Shown here piece by piece: positions 46,977 through 56,830 of a DNA stretch of 64,000 bases. The number at the start of each line of letters is the position of its first letter. Position 1 is the stretch's first letter. The stretch is from NCBI GenBank assembly GCA_963674965.2, contig CAXXFL010000002.1, forward strand, positions 512,001 to 576,000. The letters are read 5' to 3'. Both the position numbers and the translations under genes were made by a program. The notes beneath the pieces were generated by a model. That model made no database searches, was not told where the DNA came from, and saw nothing but the letters and a program-made list of their open reading frames with translations. This stretch comes from a bacterium (GTDB lineage Bacteria; RBG-13-61-14; DATKZS01).

Positions 46977-48164
46977 ATGGGTCTTATCGAGGATGGAGAA
47001 AAATACCTGGTCCAGAACTATGGACGGCTGAAGGTCGCCTTTACCGAGGGCAAGGGCGCCCGCTTATGGGACCAGACCGGCAAGGAGTACCTCGATTTCC
47101 TGGCCGGCATCGCCGTGACCAACCTGGGCCACTCGCATCCCAAGGTGGCCGAGGCCGTGGCGGCCCAGGCCCTGAAGCTCGTTCACACCAGCAACCTTTA
47201 TTACATCGGGCCCCAGGTCGAGTTGGCCCGCTGGCTGGTGGACCACTCCTTCGCGGACCGCGCCTTCTTTTGCAACTCGGGTACCGAGGCCAATGAGGCC
47301 GCCCTGAAGATGGCGAGGAAGTGGGGGGCCGAGAACAAGGACGGGGCCTTCGAGATCGTCGCGGCCGAGGATTCCTTTCACGGCCGCACCATGTTCAGCC
47401 TCGCGGTCACGGGTCAGAAAAAACACCAGAAGGGGTTCGCCCCCCTCGTGCCCGGCGTCAGGATCGTTCCCTATGGGGACGCGGCGGCGGTGGAAAAGGC
47501 CCTGACCGCCAAAACGGCCGCGGTCATCGTCGAGCCCATCCAGGGGGAGGGCGGAGTGCGGGTGCCGCCCGAGGGCTACCTCGCCGCGCTTCGGGAAATC
47601 TGCGACCGCGAGAAGGTACTGCTTATCTACGACGAGGTCCAGACGGGCATGGGACGGACCGGACGCCTGTTCGCTTACGAGGAGGCGGGCGCCCCGCCGG
47701 ATATCATGACCCTGGCCAAGGCCCTGGGCAACGGCTTTCCCATCGGCGCCACCCTGGCGAACGAAAAGGCGGCCTCGGCCCTCGGGCCCGGAAGCCACGC
47801 CTCGACCTTTGGCGGAAATTTCCTCGCCTGCGCCGCGGCCCTCGCCGTGGTCCGGGAGTTCGAGGAAAAGGACGTTCCCGCCATGGCCCGCGAGATGGGC
47901 CAATACTTGAGGGAGCGCCTTCAGGAGGTCGCGGCGGACCTCGACTGCGTCCAGGAGGTAAGGGGGAAGGGGCTTCTGCTGGGCATGGCCCTGGACCGGC
48001 CCGGACAGCCGGTGGTGAACGACCTGTTCGAGGATGGAGTCATAATAAACTGCACGGCCGAGACCGTGCTTCGTTTCGTTCCTCCCCTTACCATCACGCG
48101 GGAAGAGGTGGACGAGATGATACCCAAGCTGAGGGTTGCCCTCGAGAAGTTGGAGCGTTCCTGA
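46977..48164 (+). CDS. argD: Acetylornithine aminotransferase
   Basis: DFLAGIAV, NSGTEANEAA, SFHGRT, EPIQGEGG, DEVQTGMGRTG, TLAKALG. Confidence 0.93.
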   Translation: MGLIEDGEKYLVQNYGRLKVAFTEGKGARLWDQTGKEYLDFLAGIAVTNLGHSHPKVAEAVAAQALKLVHTSNLYYIGPQVELARWLVDHSFADRAFFCNSGTEANEAALKMARKWGAENKDGAFEIVAAEDSFHGRTMFSLAVTGQKKHQKGFAPLVPGVRIVPYGDAAAVEKALTAKTAAVIVEPIQGEGGVRVPPEGYLAALREICDREKVLLIYDEVQTGMGRTGRLFAYEEAGAPPDIMTLAKALGNGFPIGATLANEKAASALGPGSHASTFGGNFLACAAALAVVREFEEKDVPAMAREMGQYLRERLQEVAADLDCVQEVRGKGLLLGMALDRPGQPVVNDLFEDGVIINCTAETVLRFVPPLTITREEVDEMIPKLRVALEKLERS

Positions 48165-48190
48165 AGGGGAACGCGGGAAGGAGAGCCGCG

Positions 48191-49105
48191 TTGGCCGTGA
48201 AACATTTTATAGGCCTTGACGATTACAACCGCGATTCGCTGGACGGGCTTTTGGCCCGGGCGGCCGAGCTCAAGGCCGACCTGAAAAAGGGAAAGACCCA
48301 TAACGGGCTGGCGGGCAAAAGCGTGGCCCTCATCTTCGAGAAGCCCAGCACCAGGACCCGCGTCAGTTTCGAGGTGGGCGTGCATCAACTTGGCGGCTAC
48401 CCCCTTTTCCTCTCGGGCAAGGAGACGCAGCTTAAAAGGGGCGAACCCATCGCCGACACGGCCCGGGTGCTTTCCCGCTACGTGGACATGATCATGATCA
48501 GGACCCACGGACATGAGGACGTGATCGAGCTGGCGGAGAAATCGAGCGTGCCCGTTATCAACGGTCTCACGGACCTTTTGCATCCTTGCCAGATTCTGGC
48601 CGATCTATTGACCATGCGGGAAGTCGGTCTCGACCTGGACGATTGCTCGGTGTGCTACGTGGGCGACGGAAACAACGTGGCCAACTCCTGGATCAACGCC
48701 GCCGGCGTATTCAATTTCGACCTTCGGATCGCCTGCCCGGAGGGATACGATCCCAACGCCGGTCTCATGCGAAAGGCTCGCGAGGCGGGAGGACGCGTCA
48801 ACGTGTTTCGCGACTCCCTCGAGGCGGCTTCCGGCGCCGACGTCTTATACACCGACGTGTGGGTGAGCATGGGGCAGGAGGACGAGGTGGCAAGGCGCAA
48901 GGCCGCCTTCAAGGGTTTTCAGATCGGGATGGACCTGATCGACGCGGCCGCTCCCGAGGTCAAGGTCATGCATTGCCTGCCCGCCCACAGGGGCGAGGAA
49001 ATAACGGATGAAGCCATCGAGAGCGGGCACTCGATCGTATTCGACCAGGCCGAGAACAGGCTCCACGCTCAGAAATCCATCATGGAGTTTCTGGCGAAAG
49101 GATAA
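48191..49105 (+). CDS. argF: Ornithine carbamoyltransferase
   Basis: FEKPSTRTRVSF, HPCQ, GDGNNV, YTDVWVSMG, MHCLP, QAENRLH; TTG start after AAGGAG (the ORF track's 47321 start is a spurious extension). Confidence 0.95.
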   Translation: MAVKHFIGLDDYNRDSLDGLLARAAELKADLKKGKTHNGLAGKSVALIFEKPSTRTRVSFEVGVHQLGGYPLFLSGKETQLKRGEPIADTARVLSRYVDMIMIRTHGHEDVIELAEKSSVPVINGLTDLLHPCQILADLLTMREVGLDLDDCSVCYVGDGNNVANSWINAAGVFNFDLRIACPEGYDPNAGLMRKAREAGGRVNVFRDSLEAASGADVLYTDVWVSMGQEDEVARRKAAFKGFQIGMDLIDAAAPEVKVMHCLPAHRGEEITDEAIESGHSIVFDQAENRLHAQKSIMEFLAKG

Positions 49106-49116
49106 TAAATAAATTC

Positions 49117-50616
49117 ATGAACGAAGCGGAGAAAAAATCTTTCGCTCCTGACGATCTTCCTCTTGTCTGCGAGGGATTGGACCTCATGAGTCTCAACGTG
49201 ACCCCCGAGGAGGGCTTCCTCTTGTCCCGCCTTGACGGGACCACCTCGGTCGGGGTACTTTTTCGGTCGACCGGGCTGGGCGAGGAGAAGACCGCTACCC
49301 TTTTGGCCTCCCTCATGGCCAAGAACATCGTCATCATGAAGGGAGTGACCTATTGTCAGGACCGGCCCGGGCCGGAAAACGGGGACGGCCATGAGGCGGC
49401 AAGCCCCGAGGCCGGCGAAGATACGGATGAATTCGACGACGACGAGGCCGCCGGCGAGGAAGAAGGGGAGGATAATGGCTTAAGCGAGGGCGAAAATTCC
49501 CAGGTCTTGCGGAAACTGAAAATGGCGCTTAGAAAAAAACAGCTTCCCAAGGGCCCCGAGCTTTTGGCCATAGTGGAACAGACCTTTGTAAACCTCGAGA
49601 ACTTAAGCTATTATGACCTGTTGGGAGTTCCGGTCGCCTCCGAGTTCAAGGAAATAAAAAAGTCATACCTGAGGAGGACGAAGTCGTTTCATCCCGACAG
49701 GTTCTATAGAAACGCGGACAAGCAGCTCGTCAAGCACGTTCAGGAGATATTCAAGCAGCTTAATAAAGGATATAAAGTACTCGCGGACGCCGAGAAAAGA
49801 GGCGAGTACGACAAGTCGCTCGACGAGGAGGAAATGTGGCTCAAGCACGAGCTGGCCGACGAGGAGGAAACCATAACCACCAGCCGTACCAGGTCGGTTA
49901 AAGGCGATTCCTCCCCCTGGAAGCGGATCAGGGTGTCCAGGCAAAAACCCATCGAGGAGAAAACAAGAAAGAAAAAGAAAAAAGAGGAAAAACCAAAGGT
50001 CGAGGGACCCAAGCTGAAACTGGGGCTGAAAGACGGGAAGTCGGCCTCCCCCCTGCTCAAGAAGATTCACGAGATGAAGGAGAAAGAGCAAAAGACTTAC
50101 GACGAGCAGGCCGAGCGCTTCTATCGGGGGGCCATGGTGGAAAAAGACTCGGGCAATATTAACGCGGCGAGGAACAACCTCAAGCTGGCCCTTCAATACA
50201 GCCCGGGAAATAAAAAATACTTAGGGGCCGTCGAGGAACTTGAACATTTCGAGTCATCGAGAAGGGCCGAGACGAGCTTCAAGTCGGGCATGAAGGCCCA
50301 TGACGCCGGCGATCTGAAGCAGGCCCTGAAGGACTATCGCGAAGCGATAAGGTTGGGTTATGAAAATTCTCTGCTATATAATAAAATGGCCGAGTTGATA
50401 ATGGAGCTGGAAGGCAATTACGAACTGGCTCGCTCGCTCAGCCTCAAGGCGATCGAGAAGCAGCCCGAGGCCGTCGATTTCCGCATGACCCTGGCCAGGG
50501 CTTACAAGGGGCTGGGACAGAAGGCGGCGGCCATGGTTCAGTTTAATAAAGTATTGGAGATACAGCCGAAAAACAAGCTGGCAATCAAGGAGCTGAAAGC
50601 ACTAAAGCGCGGCTAG
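49117..50616 (+). CDS. J-domain (DnaJ-like) protein with C-terminal TPRs
   Basis: YYDLLGV..IKKSY..FHPDRF J-domain in mid-protein; N-terminal TPEEGFLLSRLDG block; TPR repeats. Confidence 0.85.
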   Translation: MNEAEKKSFAPDDLPLVCEGLDLMSLNVTPEEGFLLSRLDGTTSVGVLFRSTGLGEEKTATLLASLMAKNIVIMKGVTYCQDRPGPENGDGHEAASPEAGEDTDEFDDDEAAGEEEGEDNGLSEGENSQVLRKLKMALRKKQLPKGPELLAIVEQTFVNLENLSYYDLLGVPVASEFKEIKKSYLRRTKSFHPDRFYRNADKQLVKHVQEIFKQLNKGYKVLADAEKRGEYDKSLDEEEMWLKHELADEEETITTSRTRSVKGDSSPWKRIRVSRQKPIEEKTRKKKKKEEKPKVEGPKLKLGLKDGKSASPLLKKIHEMKEKEQKTYDEQAERFYRGAMVEKDSGNINAARNNLKLALQYSPGNKKYLGAVEELEHFESSRRAETSFKSGMKAHDAGDLKQALKDYREAIRLGYENSLLYNKMAELIMELEGNYELARSLSLKAIEKQPEAVDFRMTLARAYKGLGQKAAAMVQFNKVLEIQPKNKLAIKELKALKRG

Positions 50617-50626
50617 GAGGATACTT

Positions 50627-52453
50627 ATGGGCAAGGTAATTGGAATAGACCTGGGCACGACTAACTCTTGCGTCTCGGTGGTCGAGAACGGGCAGCCGAA
50701 GGTGATACCGAACAAGGGCGGGTACAAGATCACTCCGTCCATGGTGGCCTTCGAGGAGGGCGGCCGGCGCCTGGTGGGCCATCTGGCCAAGCGGCAGATG
50801 GTGACCAATCCGAAGAACACCATCTACGGCACCAAGCGCCTGATCGGCCGGAAGTTCGATTCCCCCGAGGTCAAAAAGGCGCTGGCGTCGTATCCGTACC
50901 AGATCATCGAGGGACCCCATTACGACGTTCGACTCCTGGTGCAGGGCAACGAGTTCAGCCTTCCCGAGATAGGGGCCATGGTCCTGCAGGAGATGCGGAC
51001 CGTGGCCGAGGAATACCTGGGCGAGCCCGTGCAGGAGGCGGTGGTGACCGTGCCCGCTTACTTTAACGACAACCAGCGGCAGGCCACCAAGGACGCCGGC
51101 CGGATAGCCGGGCTCGACGTCCTGCGCATCATCAACGAGCCCACCGCCGCCGCCCTCTCCTACGGCTACGGCAAGAACATTGACCAGACCGTGGCCATCT
51201 ACGACCTTGGCGGGGGCACCTTCGACGTCTCGGTGCTCGAGATATCGGAGGGGGTCTTCGAGGTCCTTTCCACCGCGGGCGACACCTACCTGGGAGGGGA
51301 CGATTTCGACGACCGCATAATCGACCACCTGGCCGAGAGCTTCCAGCGGAACACGGGCGTGAACCTTCGCCGCGACAAGATGGCCCTCCAGCGGCTCAAG
51401 GACGTGGCCGAGAAGACGAAAATGGAACTCTCCGAGGTGGCCCAGAGCGAGGTCAACCTTCCCTTCGTGGCCATGGGTGAGGACGGTCCTCTCCACCTCA
51501 ACCTGGTGGTGACCCGCGAAAAGCTCGAGGAGATCACCATGGACCTCGTCGAGCGGACCCTCAGCATCTGCGACAAGACCCTCGAGGCCGGCAGTCTCAA
51601 GCCCGAGGACATCGACGAGGTCATACTGGTGGGCGGACAGACCCGCATGCCCCTGGTGGCGGCCAAGGTCGAGGAATTCTTCGGGCGGGCCCCCAGGAAG
51701 GGAGTGCATCCAGACGAGGTGGTGGCCATGGGCGCGTCCATCCAGGGCATGGTCCTGGCCCAGGCCGCCGAGGCCGAGGAAGGGGAAGACGACGAGGACA
51801 GGGACGAGCTTCTCCTTCTTGACGTCACGCCCATGTCCCTGGGCATCGCCACCTTCGGCGGCTTCTTCACCAGGATCATCGAGAGGAACACCACCATTCC
51901 CACCCACGCCTCCCATATCTTCACCACCGCCGCCGACAACCAGACCTCGGTCAAGATACTGGTGCTGCAGGGAGAGTCGGACCGGGCGGCCGAGAACGAG
52001 CTTCTCGGCGAGTTCATGCTCACGGGCATCCGTCCCGCCAAGCGCGGCGAGCCCGAGATCGAGGTGACCTTCGACATCGACGCCGACGGCATCGTCAGCG
52101 TCTCGGCCAAGGACCTGGACACGGGCCAGGAGCAGTCCATTACCGTCACCGCCAGCTCGGGCCTGACCGAGCAGGAAATCCAGTGGATGGTGGACGCCTC
52201 GAAGAACTACGAGGTCGAGCTCAAGTCCAGGGAGGAAATCGAGAAGGCCTGCCAGAAACTCGAGGGCATGGTCCTCAAGCTGGAAAAGGAACTGCACGGA
52301 AAAAAGGACGACCTGCCCCGCGAGCTGGCGAGCGCGGCCAAAAAAGCCATCGAGTCGTCCCGGCGGGCCATCGAGTTCGGCGATATGGCCGAGGTAAGGC
52401 GCTTCACCGACGACATCCCCTCCCTCATCGAGAGGGTCCAGTCCGGAGGATAA
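50627..52453 (+). CDS. dnaK: Hsp70/DnaK family chaperone (probable paralogue)
   Basis: GIDLGTTNS, TVPAYF, NEPTAAAL, DLGGGTFD, LVGGQTR, LLLLDVTP, FDIDADGI. Confidence 0.9.
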   Translation: MGKVIGIDLGTTNSCVSVVENGQPKVIPNKGGYKITPSMVAFEEGGRRLVGHLAKRQMVTNPKNTIYGTKRLIGRKFDSPEVKKALASYPYQIIEGPHYDVRLLVQGNEFSLPEIGAMVLQEMRTVAEEYLGEPVQEAVVTVPAYFNDNQRQATKDAGRIAGLDVLRIINEPTAAALSYGYGKNIDQTVAIYDLGGGTFDVSVLEISEGVFEVLSTAGDTYLGGDDFDDRIIDHLAESFQRNTGVNLRRDKMALQRLKDVAEKTKMELSEVAQSEVNLPFVAMGEDGPLHLNLVVTREKLEEITMDLVERTLSICDKTLEAGSLKPEDIDEVILVGGQTRMPLVAAKVEEFFGRAPRKGVHPDEVVAMGASIQGMVLAQAAEAEEGEDDEDRDELLLLDVTPMSLGIATFGGFFTRIIERNTTIPTHASHIFTTAADNQTSVKILVLQGESDRAAENELLGEFMLTGIRPAKRGEPEIEVTFDIDADGIVSVSAKDLDTGQEQSITVTASSGLTEQEIQWMVDASKNYEVELKSREEIEKACQKLEGMVLKLEKELHGKKDDLPRELASAAKKAIESSRRAIEFGDMAEVRRFTDDIPSLIERVQSGG

Positions 52454-52774
52454 TAAGCGCCTCGGAATTGACGGGAAAACGGGCGGCCATTGCAAGGCCG
52501 TCCGTCCAAAGAATCATGCGACCTCACCGGCCTCAACTCCTTTCTCGGCCAGTGGCTCGCAGGCTCACTCCCGGCCGGGCCGAACGATCAATGCATCCAG
52601 ACCTTAAACTTGACCAGCCTCGTAATGCAGCAGAGCTTTTTGTTTTGAAAATTATAGGAACGTCACTTCTTATTACTTGTCAGTTGGTTGACCAAACCCT
52701 TAATATATCGTCTATTTTATGCCGATATCATCTCAATTGAGTTTGGGGGAAAATTTGAATTTTATTCCCGCTAG

Positions 52775-52958
52775 AGCCTCTTGCAAAAGTCCCGCTTTGG
52801 AGTGCGGCGGCTCGACGCCGCTTTTCTTCCGAGCGGCTTGACGCGAGGCTAGCCGTTGTATTCTTAGGCCTTGTCAAGCCAAAGCCATCGAAAGCGCTCT
52901 CAAGCGACCACAATCCAAAGCGGCTATGCCTCAAAGAAAGGGACTTTTGCAAGAAGCT
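52775..52958. repeat. 184-bp MITE/REPIN-like palindromic element
   Basis: Outer IR AGCCTCTTGCAAAAGTCCC / GGGACTTTTGCAAGAAGCT (18/19 match); inner imperfect IR 52792-52824 vs 52891-52923; central GGCTTGAC/GTCAAGCC. Confidence 0.7.
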
Positions 52959-53276
52959 TGCTACATACATTTTTTCTCCACTTTTGAGAACAAGTTACAA
53001 ATTGTGTCCCTTTGGCAAAATATGATACTTCAAATCGTCTGGAGGACAGACTGCATTATTTCGCGGGACGCCCGCGGTTTACCCACCTTTCTTACATTTT
53101 ACCTACCCGTGTAATTTTCTTCATTCATATTGAGACCGGCCTGGCGGGGGCGGCAAGAAGATAAATACATTAATTAACCGATGCTTGCGCTTTCATTTCA
53201 CGGGTCGGCGCCGGGGTTGCTATTAAGAGGGAGTGAAAGGAAGAAACACTTTAGCCCCGAACCTGGGAGGTGAAAA

Positions 53277-56200
53277 ATGGAGCGTTTTATCAAGCCGGTC
53301 CTGAATCTAATCCTCTATGCCATTGCCGCTACGGTTTTTATCGGCCTTTGCGTCGCGGGCGCCCGGGCCGAGGAGGTCCCCGAGGTCGGATCGGACCCGG
53401 CGGCCAGGGCCGGGGCCCCCACCGGCTCGGTCAAGATGTCCCTCGAGCAGTATGAGGAGTTCATGAAAAAGGTGGAGGCGAAAAAAGAGGGGCCGGATAT
53501 GGGATCGCCGCCGGGGCCCGTGATCGAGAGCGTCCATATCGAGGCCGAGACCTCGGGCGGCCAGATCGAGGCGAGAGCGAAAGTCAAAGTCTACGCGCCG
53601 GGGAAAAATCCGGGAGCCCTGAGACTTTTCCAGGACTCTCCCGACTTCGCGGTCACCTCCTTTGAAGGCTCGGTCGAGAGCATGGCGCGTGACCCGGAGG
53701 GCAAGGGCTATTTCGCGCTTTTCGGGGAGCCCGGCCATCACGAGTTCTCCTACTCGATGAGCGCTTCCCTCAAGGACGCGGGCGACGGGCTAGAGGCGTC
53801 GCTTCCCATTCCCAAGGCCACCGCGGGATCGATCAGGCTGGTTCTGGACCAGGCCCGCTCCGTCCAGATAGTCCCCTCCTTCGGCGCGGAAGAGAAGGAC
53901 CTGGGGGAGGCGGTCGAGGTCTTCGCCCGTCTTTCGCCCACCGAGTCGGTCGCGATCCGGCTGGGCAAGGCGCCGTCGGAGCCTTACTCGTTCAGCCGCT
54001 CCGCATACGAGGCCGCGATCATCGAGGACGGGCTCTCGGTCTCGGCGCTGTTGGACCTGACCGTGCACTCGCGGGACGGGCGCGGCGTCAAGCTGGCCGA
54101 CGGCTCGGTGGCGCTCAGGTCGGTCACGGTTAACGGCTCTCCTTACCCGGTCAAGCTGAAAGACAAGGCCTTCGTGGCGGACGGCCTGAAAGCCGGGACC
54201 TACAAGGTGGCGGCCAGTTGGCTTCAGCCCATCAACGAGAGCCAGGCCTCGAGGTGGGTGGCGGTGCCCCTGATAGCCTGTCCCATCTCGAGCTTTGCCG
54301 CCTCGGCCCCCGGCGAGTCTCTCAACATGGAGATAGTACCCGGCCTGGCCCGGGTAGTGGACGCCTCGAAGGGCCGCACCACCACGCGGGTGAGCCTGCC
54401 CATGACCGACGAGGTCAAGATCGCGTGGACGGAAAAGCCCCCCGAGACGCGCAAGCTCAAGGCGGCCGAGGAGGAAGTCCCCCGGACCTACCTCGAGACC
54501 TCCTCGGTCATCAAGGTGGACGAGGGATTGATGTCCGTCGAGACCGAGCTTTCCTACTCCGTTTTGCGCGGCGAGATCGCCAAGGTTTCCTTTTCCCTGC
54601 CCAAGTCGGTCGAGGTGATGAGCGTGGAGGGAAGCTTCGTCAAGGACTGGGAGCAGGAGAACGAGGATGACGAAAGGACCTACCAGGTCTATCTGGACCG
54701 CAAGGTAAAGGGTGACTACAAGCTCCGGGTCTCCTATGAAGGGCTGCTCGAGGAGTTCCCGGCCGAAGCCATCGAGGCGCCCCGCCTGACGCCCCGAGAG
54801 GTGGAGCGCGAGAAGGGAGTGATATTTATCGAGCGCAGTCCGGACCTCGAGATCAAGACGGTGAAGACCGAGTCCCTCCGGCGCCTGGACGGGCAACGGA
54901 GCGGTGGAAGAAGCGCCCTTTACGCGCTCCAATACATCAAGGCTCCTTACGAACTGGTTCTTTCCGTGGGTTTGAAGCCGGCCCTTGATCCCGAGGTCCA
55001 CGTCGAGACCTCGACCCTGGTGACCGTGTCCGACAACGTCATATCCGCGGCGGCCAATCTGGATTATAAGGTGCTGAACGCGGGGGTGGACTCCTTTCGC
55101 CTCGGTTTTCCCGGCGACGTGAAAATCACGGCCATTCGGGGCAGGGACGTGCAGAGCCAGACCCGGACCAAGGAGGGCGATCGGACCGAGGTCCTGGCGC
55201 GTCTCGAGCGCCCGGCCATGGGCCAGTACCGGCTGTACGTCGAGTACGAACGGGCCCTGTCCCCGTCGGAGAAGGTGGCGGCGGTCCCCCTTGCCGATCC
55301 CATGGGCGTCAGCTCGGCCGAGGGTTTCGTGGGCGTCGCGGCCAGACACAACGTCGAGGTCCGGGACAAGGAGGAGCTGAACCTGCGCCAGATAGACCCG
55401 AGCCAGCTTAGGGGGGCCCTGTTCGACCTGTCCGAGAGTATGATCCTGCGCGCCTATTCCTACTCCTACATGTCCGGCGTGGACAAAAGGCCCGTCCTGT
55501 CCTACTCGGTCTTGCGCCATCAGGACGTGGCGGTGCAGGACGCCTATATAGACGAGGCCAGGTACCTGACCCTGGTGAGGTCCAACGGCTTCTCCATCAC
55601 CAAGGCCGTGCTGTCGGTGCGAAATAAAAACCGACAGAACTTAAAGCTCACGCTGCCGGAGGGTTCCGAGCTGTGGAGCGCCTTTTTGGCGGGCGAGCCG
55701 GTGCCCCCCGCTCGGGACGAGAACGGCGCCGTGCTCATTCCCCTGCCGCGCTCGGACCTGGGCTCGGGCGGGCGTCACGCCAACTTCCCCGTCGAGGTGG
55801 TTTACAAGACGGCCATCGACGAGATAGGGACCAAGGGCAAGCTGGACCTGGTCCTCCCCCGCGCCGACATCGTCGTGGGCAAAGCCGTGTGGCAGCTATA
55901 CCTTCCCCTGGACAAGTTCTTTATCGAGTTCGGAGGGTCCATGGGGGAGGGCATGATCGAGCAGAAGTCCGGCCGGGACGTGGCCGCCGAGTTGGGAGAG
56001 TTCGCCCTGTCCCTCTCGGGCAACTTTCTCAAGTTCCAGGCCAAGGCCAAACAGAGCGAGGCCAAGAGCAACCTGGGCGCGGTCTTCACCTCCCAGGCGG
56101 CGCACAAGGCTGAGTTCGGCCGCTTCGCCCGCGACTTCAAGGAGTCCGGCTGGGCCCCTGAGGGCAAGACTCAATACACCTACATCATGGGCTCGGACCG

Positions 56201-56786
56201 TATAGCGGGAATGAAGGAGGACCTTGGCGACATGCCCGGCATCGAGGGGGCCAGGGTGGACGACGACCACTTCCTGGTCCTGGCGGTGGGAAACGTGGAT
56301 AACGACTCCTTCCTCGATATCTGGGTCATCGACGAAAACAAGAAGCTTATAAACCTCGCCAACGACGCCACCGACTCCTATGACAAGCGCTTCGAGGAGT
56401 TCAAGGAAAAGGGATACTTCAACCAGTGGGACCTGGCCCAGATGGAGTACGTGCAGGAACACATGCGGCAATCGGAAATCCGCGGGCTTTTATCGCTTCG
56501 GATCGACGTTCCCACCAAGGGGCAACTGGTGAGGTTCGAGAAGCTCTTTCCCGGCGCCCAGGGGGAGGAACTGCGCGTGATGGCGAGCTACATGCCCGAC
56601 ATTATCGGCAAGGTCGCGAACGTTTTCGCCAAGGCCGTGGCCCTGGGCATCGCCGCGGGCCTTTTTGTTCTCGCGGCCCTGGCGGTCCGGCGGACGGAGA
56701 AGCTGGGATGGGTTAGACGACACTGGTGGCTCACCATTCTTATAGTGATCGCGGCGCTTATTTTGGCGCTCAGGCTGTGGGGATAA
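53277..56786 (+). CDS. Large exported membrane-anchored protein with repeated beta-rich domains and an embedded type IV pilin-like head
   Basis: GGAGGTG RBS; signal peptide; internal repeats starting at 54480 and 54990; pilin-like segment 56022-56366; two C-terminal TM helices. Confidence 0.75.
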   Translation: MERFIKPVLNLILYAIAATVFIGLCVAGARAEEVPEVGSDPAARAGAPTGSVKMSLEQYEEFMKKVEAKKEGPDMGSPPGPVIESVHIEAETSGGQIEARAKVKVYAPGKNPGALRLFQDSPDFAVTSFEGSVESMARDPEGKGYFALFGEPGHHEFSYSMSASLKDAGDGLEASLPIPKATAGSIRLVLDQARSVQIVPSFGAEEKDLGEAVEVFARLSPTESVAIRLGKAPSEPYSFSRSAYEAAIIEDGLSVSALLDLTVHSRDGRGVKLADGSVALRSVTVNGSPYPVKLKDKAFVADGLKAGTYKVAASWLQPINESQASRWVAVPLIACPISSFAASAPGESLNMEIVPGLARVVDASKGRTTTRVSLPMTDEVKIAWTEKPPETRKLKAAEEEVPRTYLETSSVIKVDEGLMSVETELSYSVLRGEIAKVSFSLPKSVEVMSVEGSFVKDWEQENEDDERTYQVYLDRKVKGDYKLRVSYEGLLEEFPAEAIEAPRLTPREVEREKGVIFIERSPDLEIKTVKTESLRRLDGQRSGGRSALYALQYIKAPYELVLSVGLKPALDPEVHVETSTLVTVSDNVISAAANLDYKVLNAGVDSFRLGFPGDVKITAIRGRDVQSQTRTKEGDRTEVLARLERPAMGQYRLYVEYERALSPSEKVAAVPLADPMGVSSAEGFVGVAARHNVEVRDKEELNLRQIDPSQLRGALFDLSESMILRAYSYSYMSGVDKRPVLSYSVLRHQDVAVQDAYIDEARYLTLVRSNGFSITKAVLSVRNKNRQNLKLTLPEGSELWSAFLAGEPVPPARDENGAVLIPLPRSDLGSGGRHANFPVEVVYKTAIDEIGTKGKLDLVLPRADIVVGKAVWQLYLPLDKFFIEFGGSMGEGMIEQKSGRDVAAELGEFALSLSGNFLKFQAKAKQSEAKSNLGAVFTSQAAHKAEFGRFARDFKESGWAPEGKTQYTYIMGSDRIAGMKEDLGDMPGIEGARVDDDHFLVLAVGNVDNDSFLDIWVIDENKKLINLANDATDSYDKRFEEFKEKGYFNQWDLAQMEYVQEHMRQSEIRGLLSLRIDVPTKGQLVRFEKLFPGAQGEELRVMASYMPDIIGKVANVFAKAVALGIAAGLFVLAALAVRRTEKLGWVRRHWWLTILIVIAALILALRLWG

Positions 56787-56830
56787 GCGGGTAAAGGGCT
56801 CGAGGCCGGCGGAAAGATCGGAGGTCTCCA

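Noticed and set aside
47321-48190. Apparent 290-aa N-terminal extension of ArgF
   Set aside because: Arg/Gly/Pro-rich off-frame read-through overlapping argD; a good RBS precedes TTG 48191.
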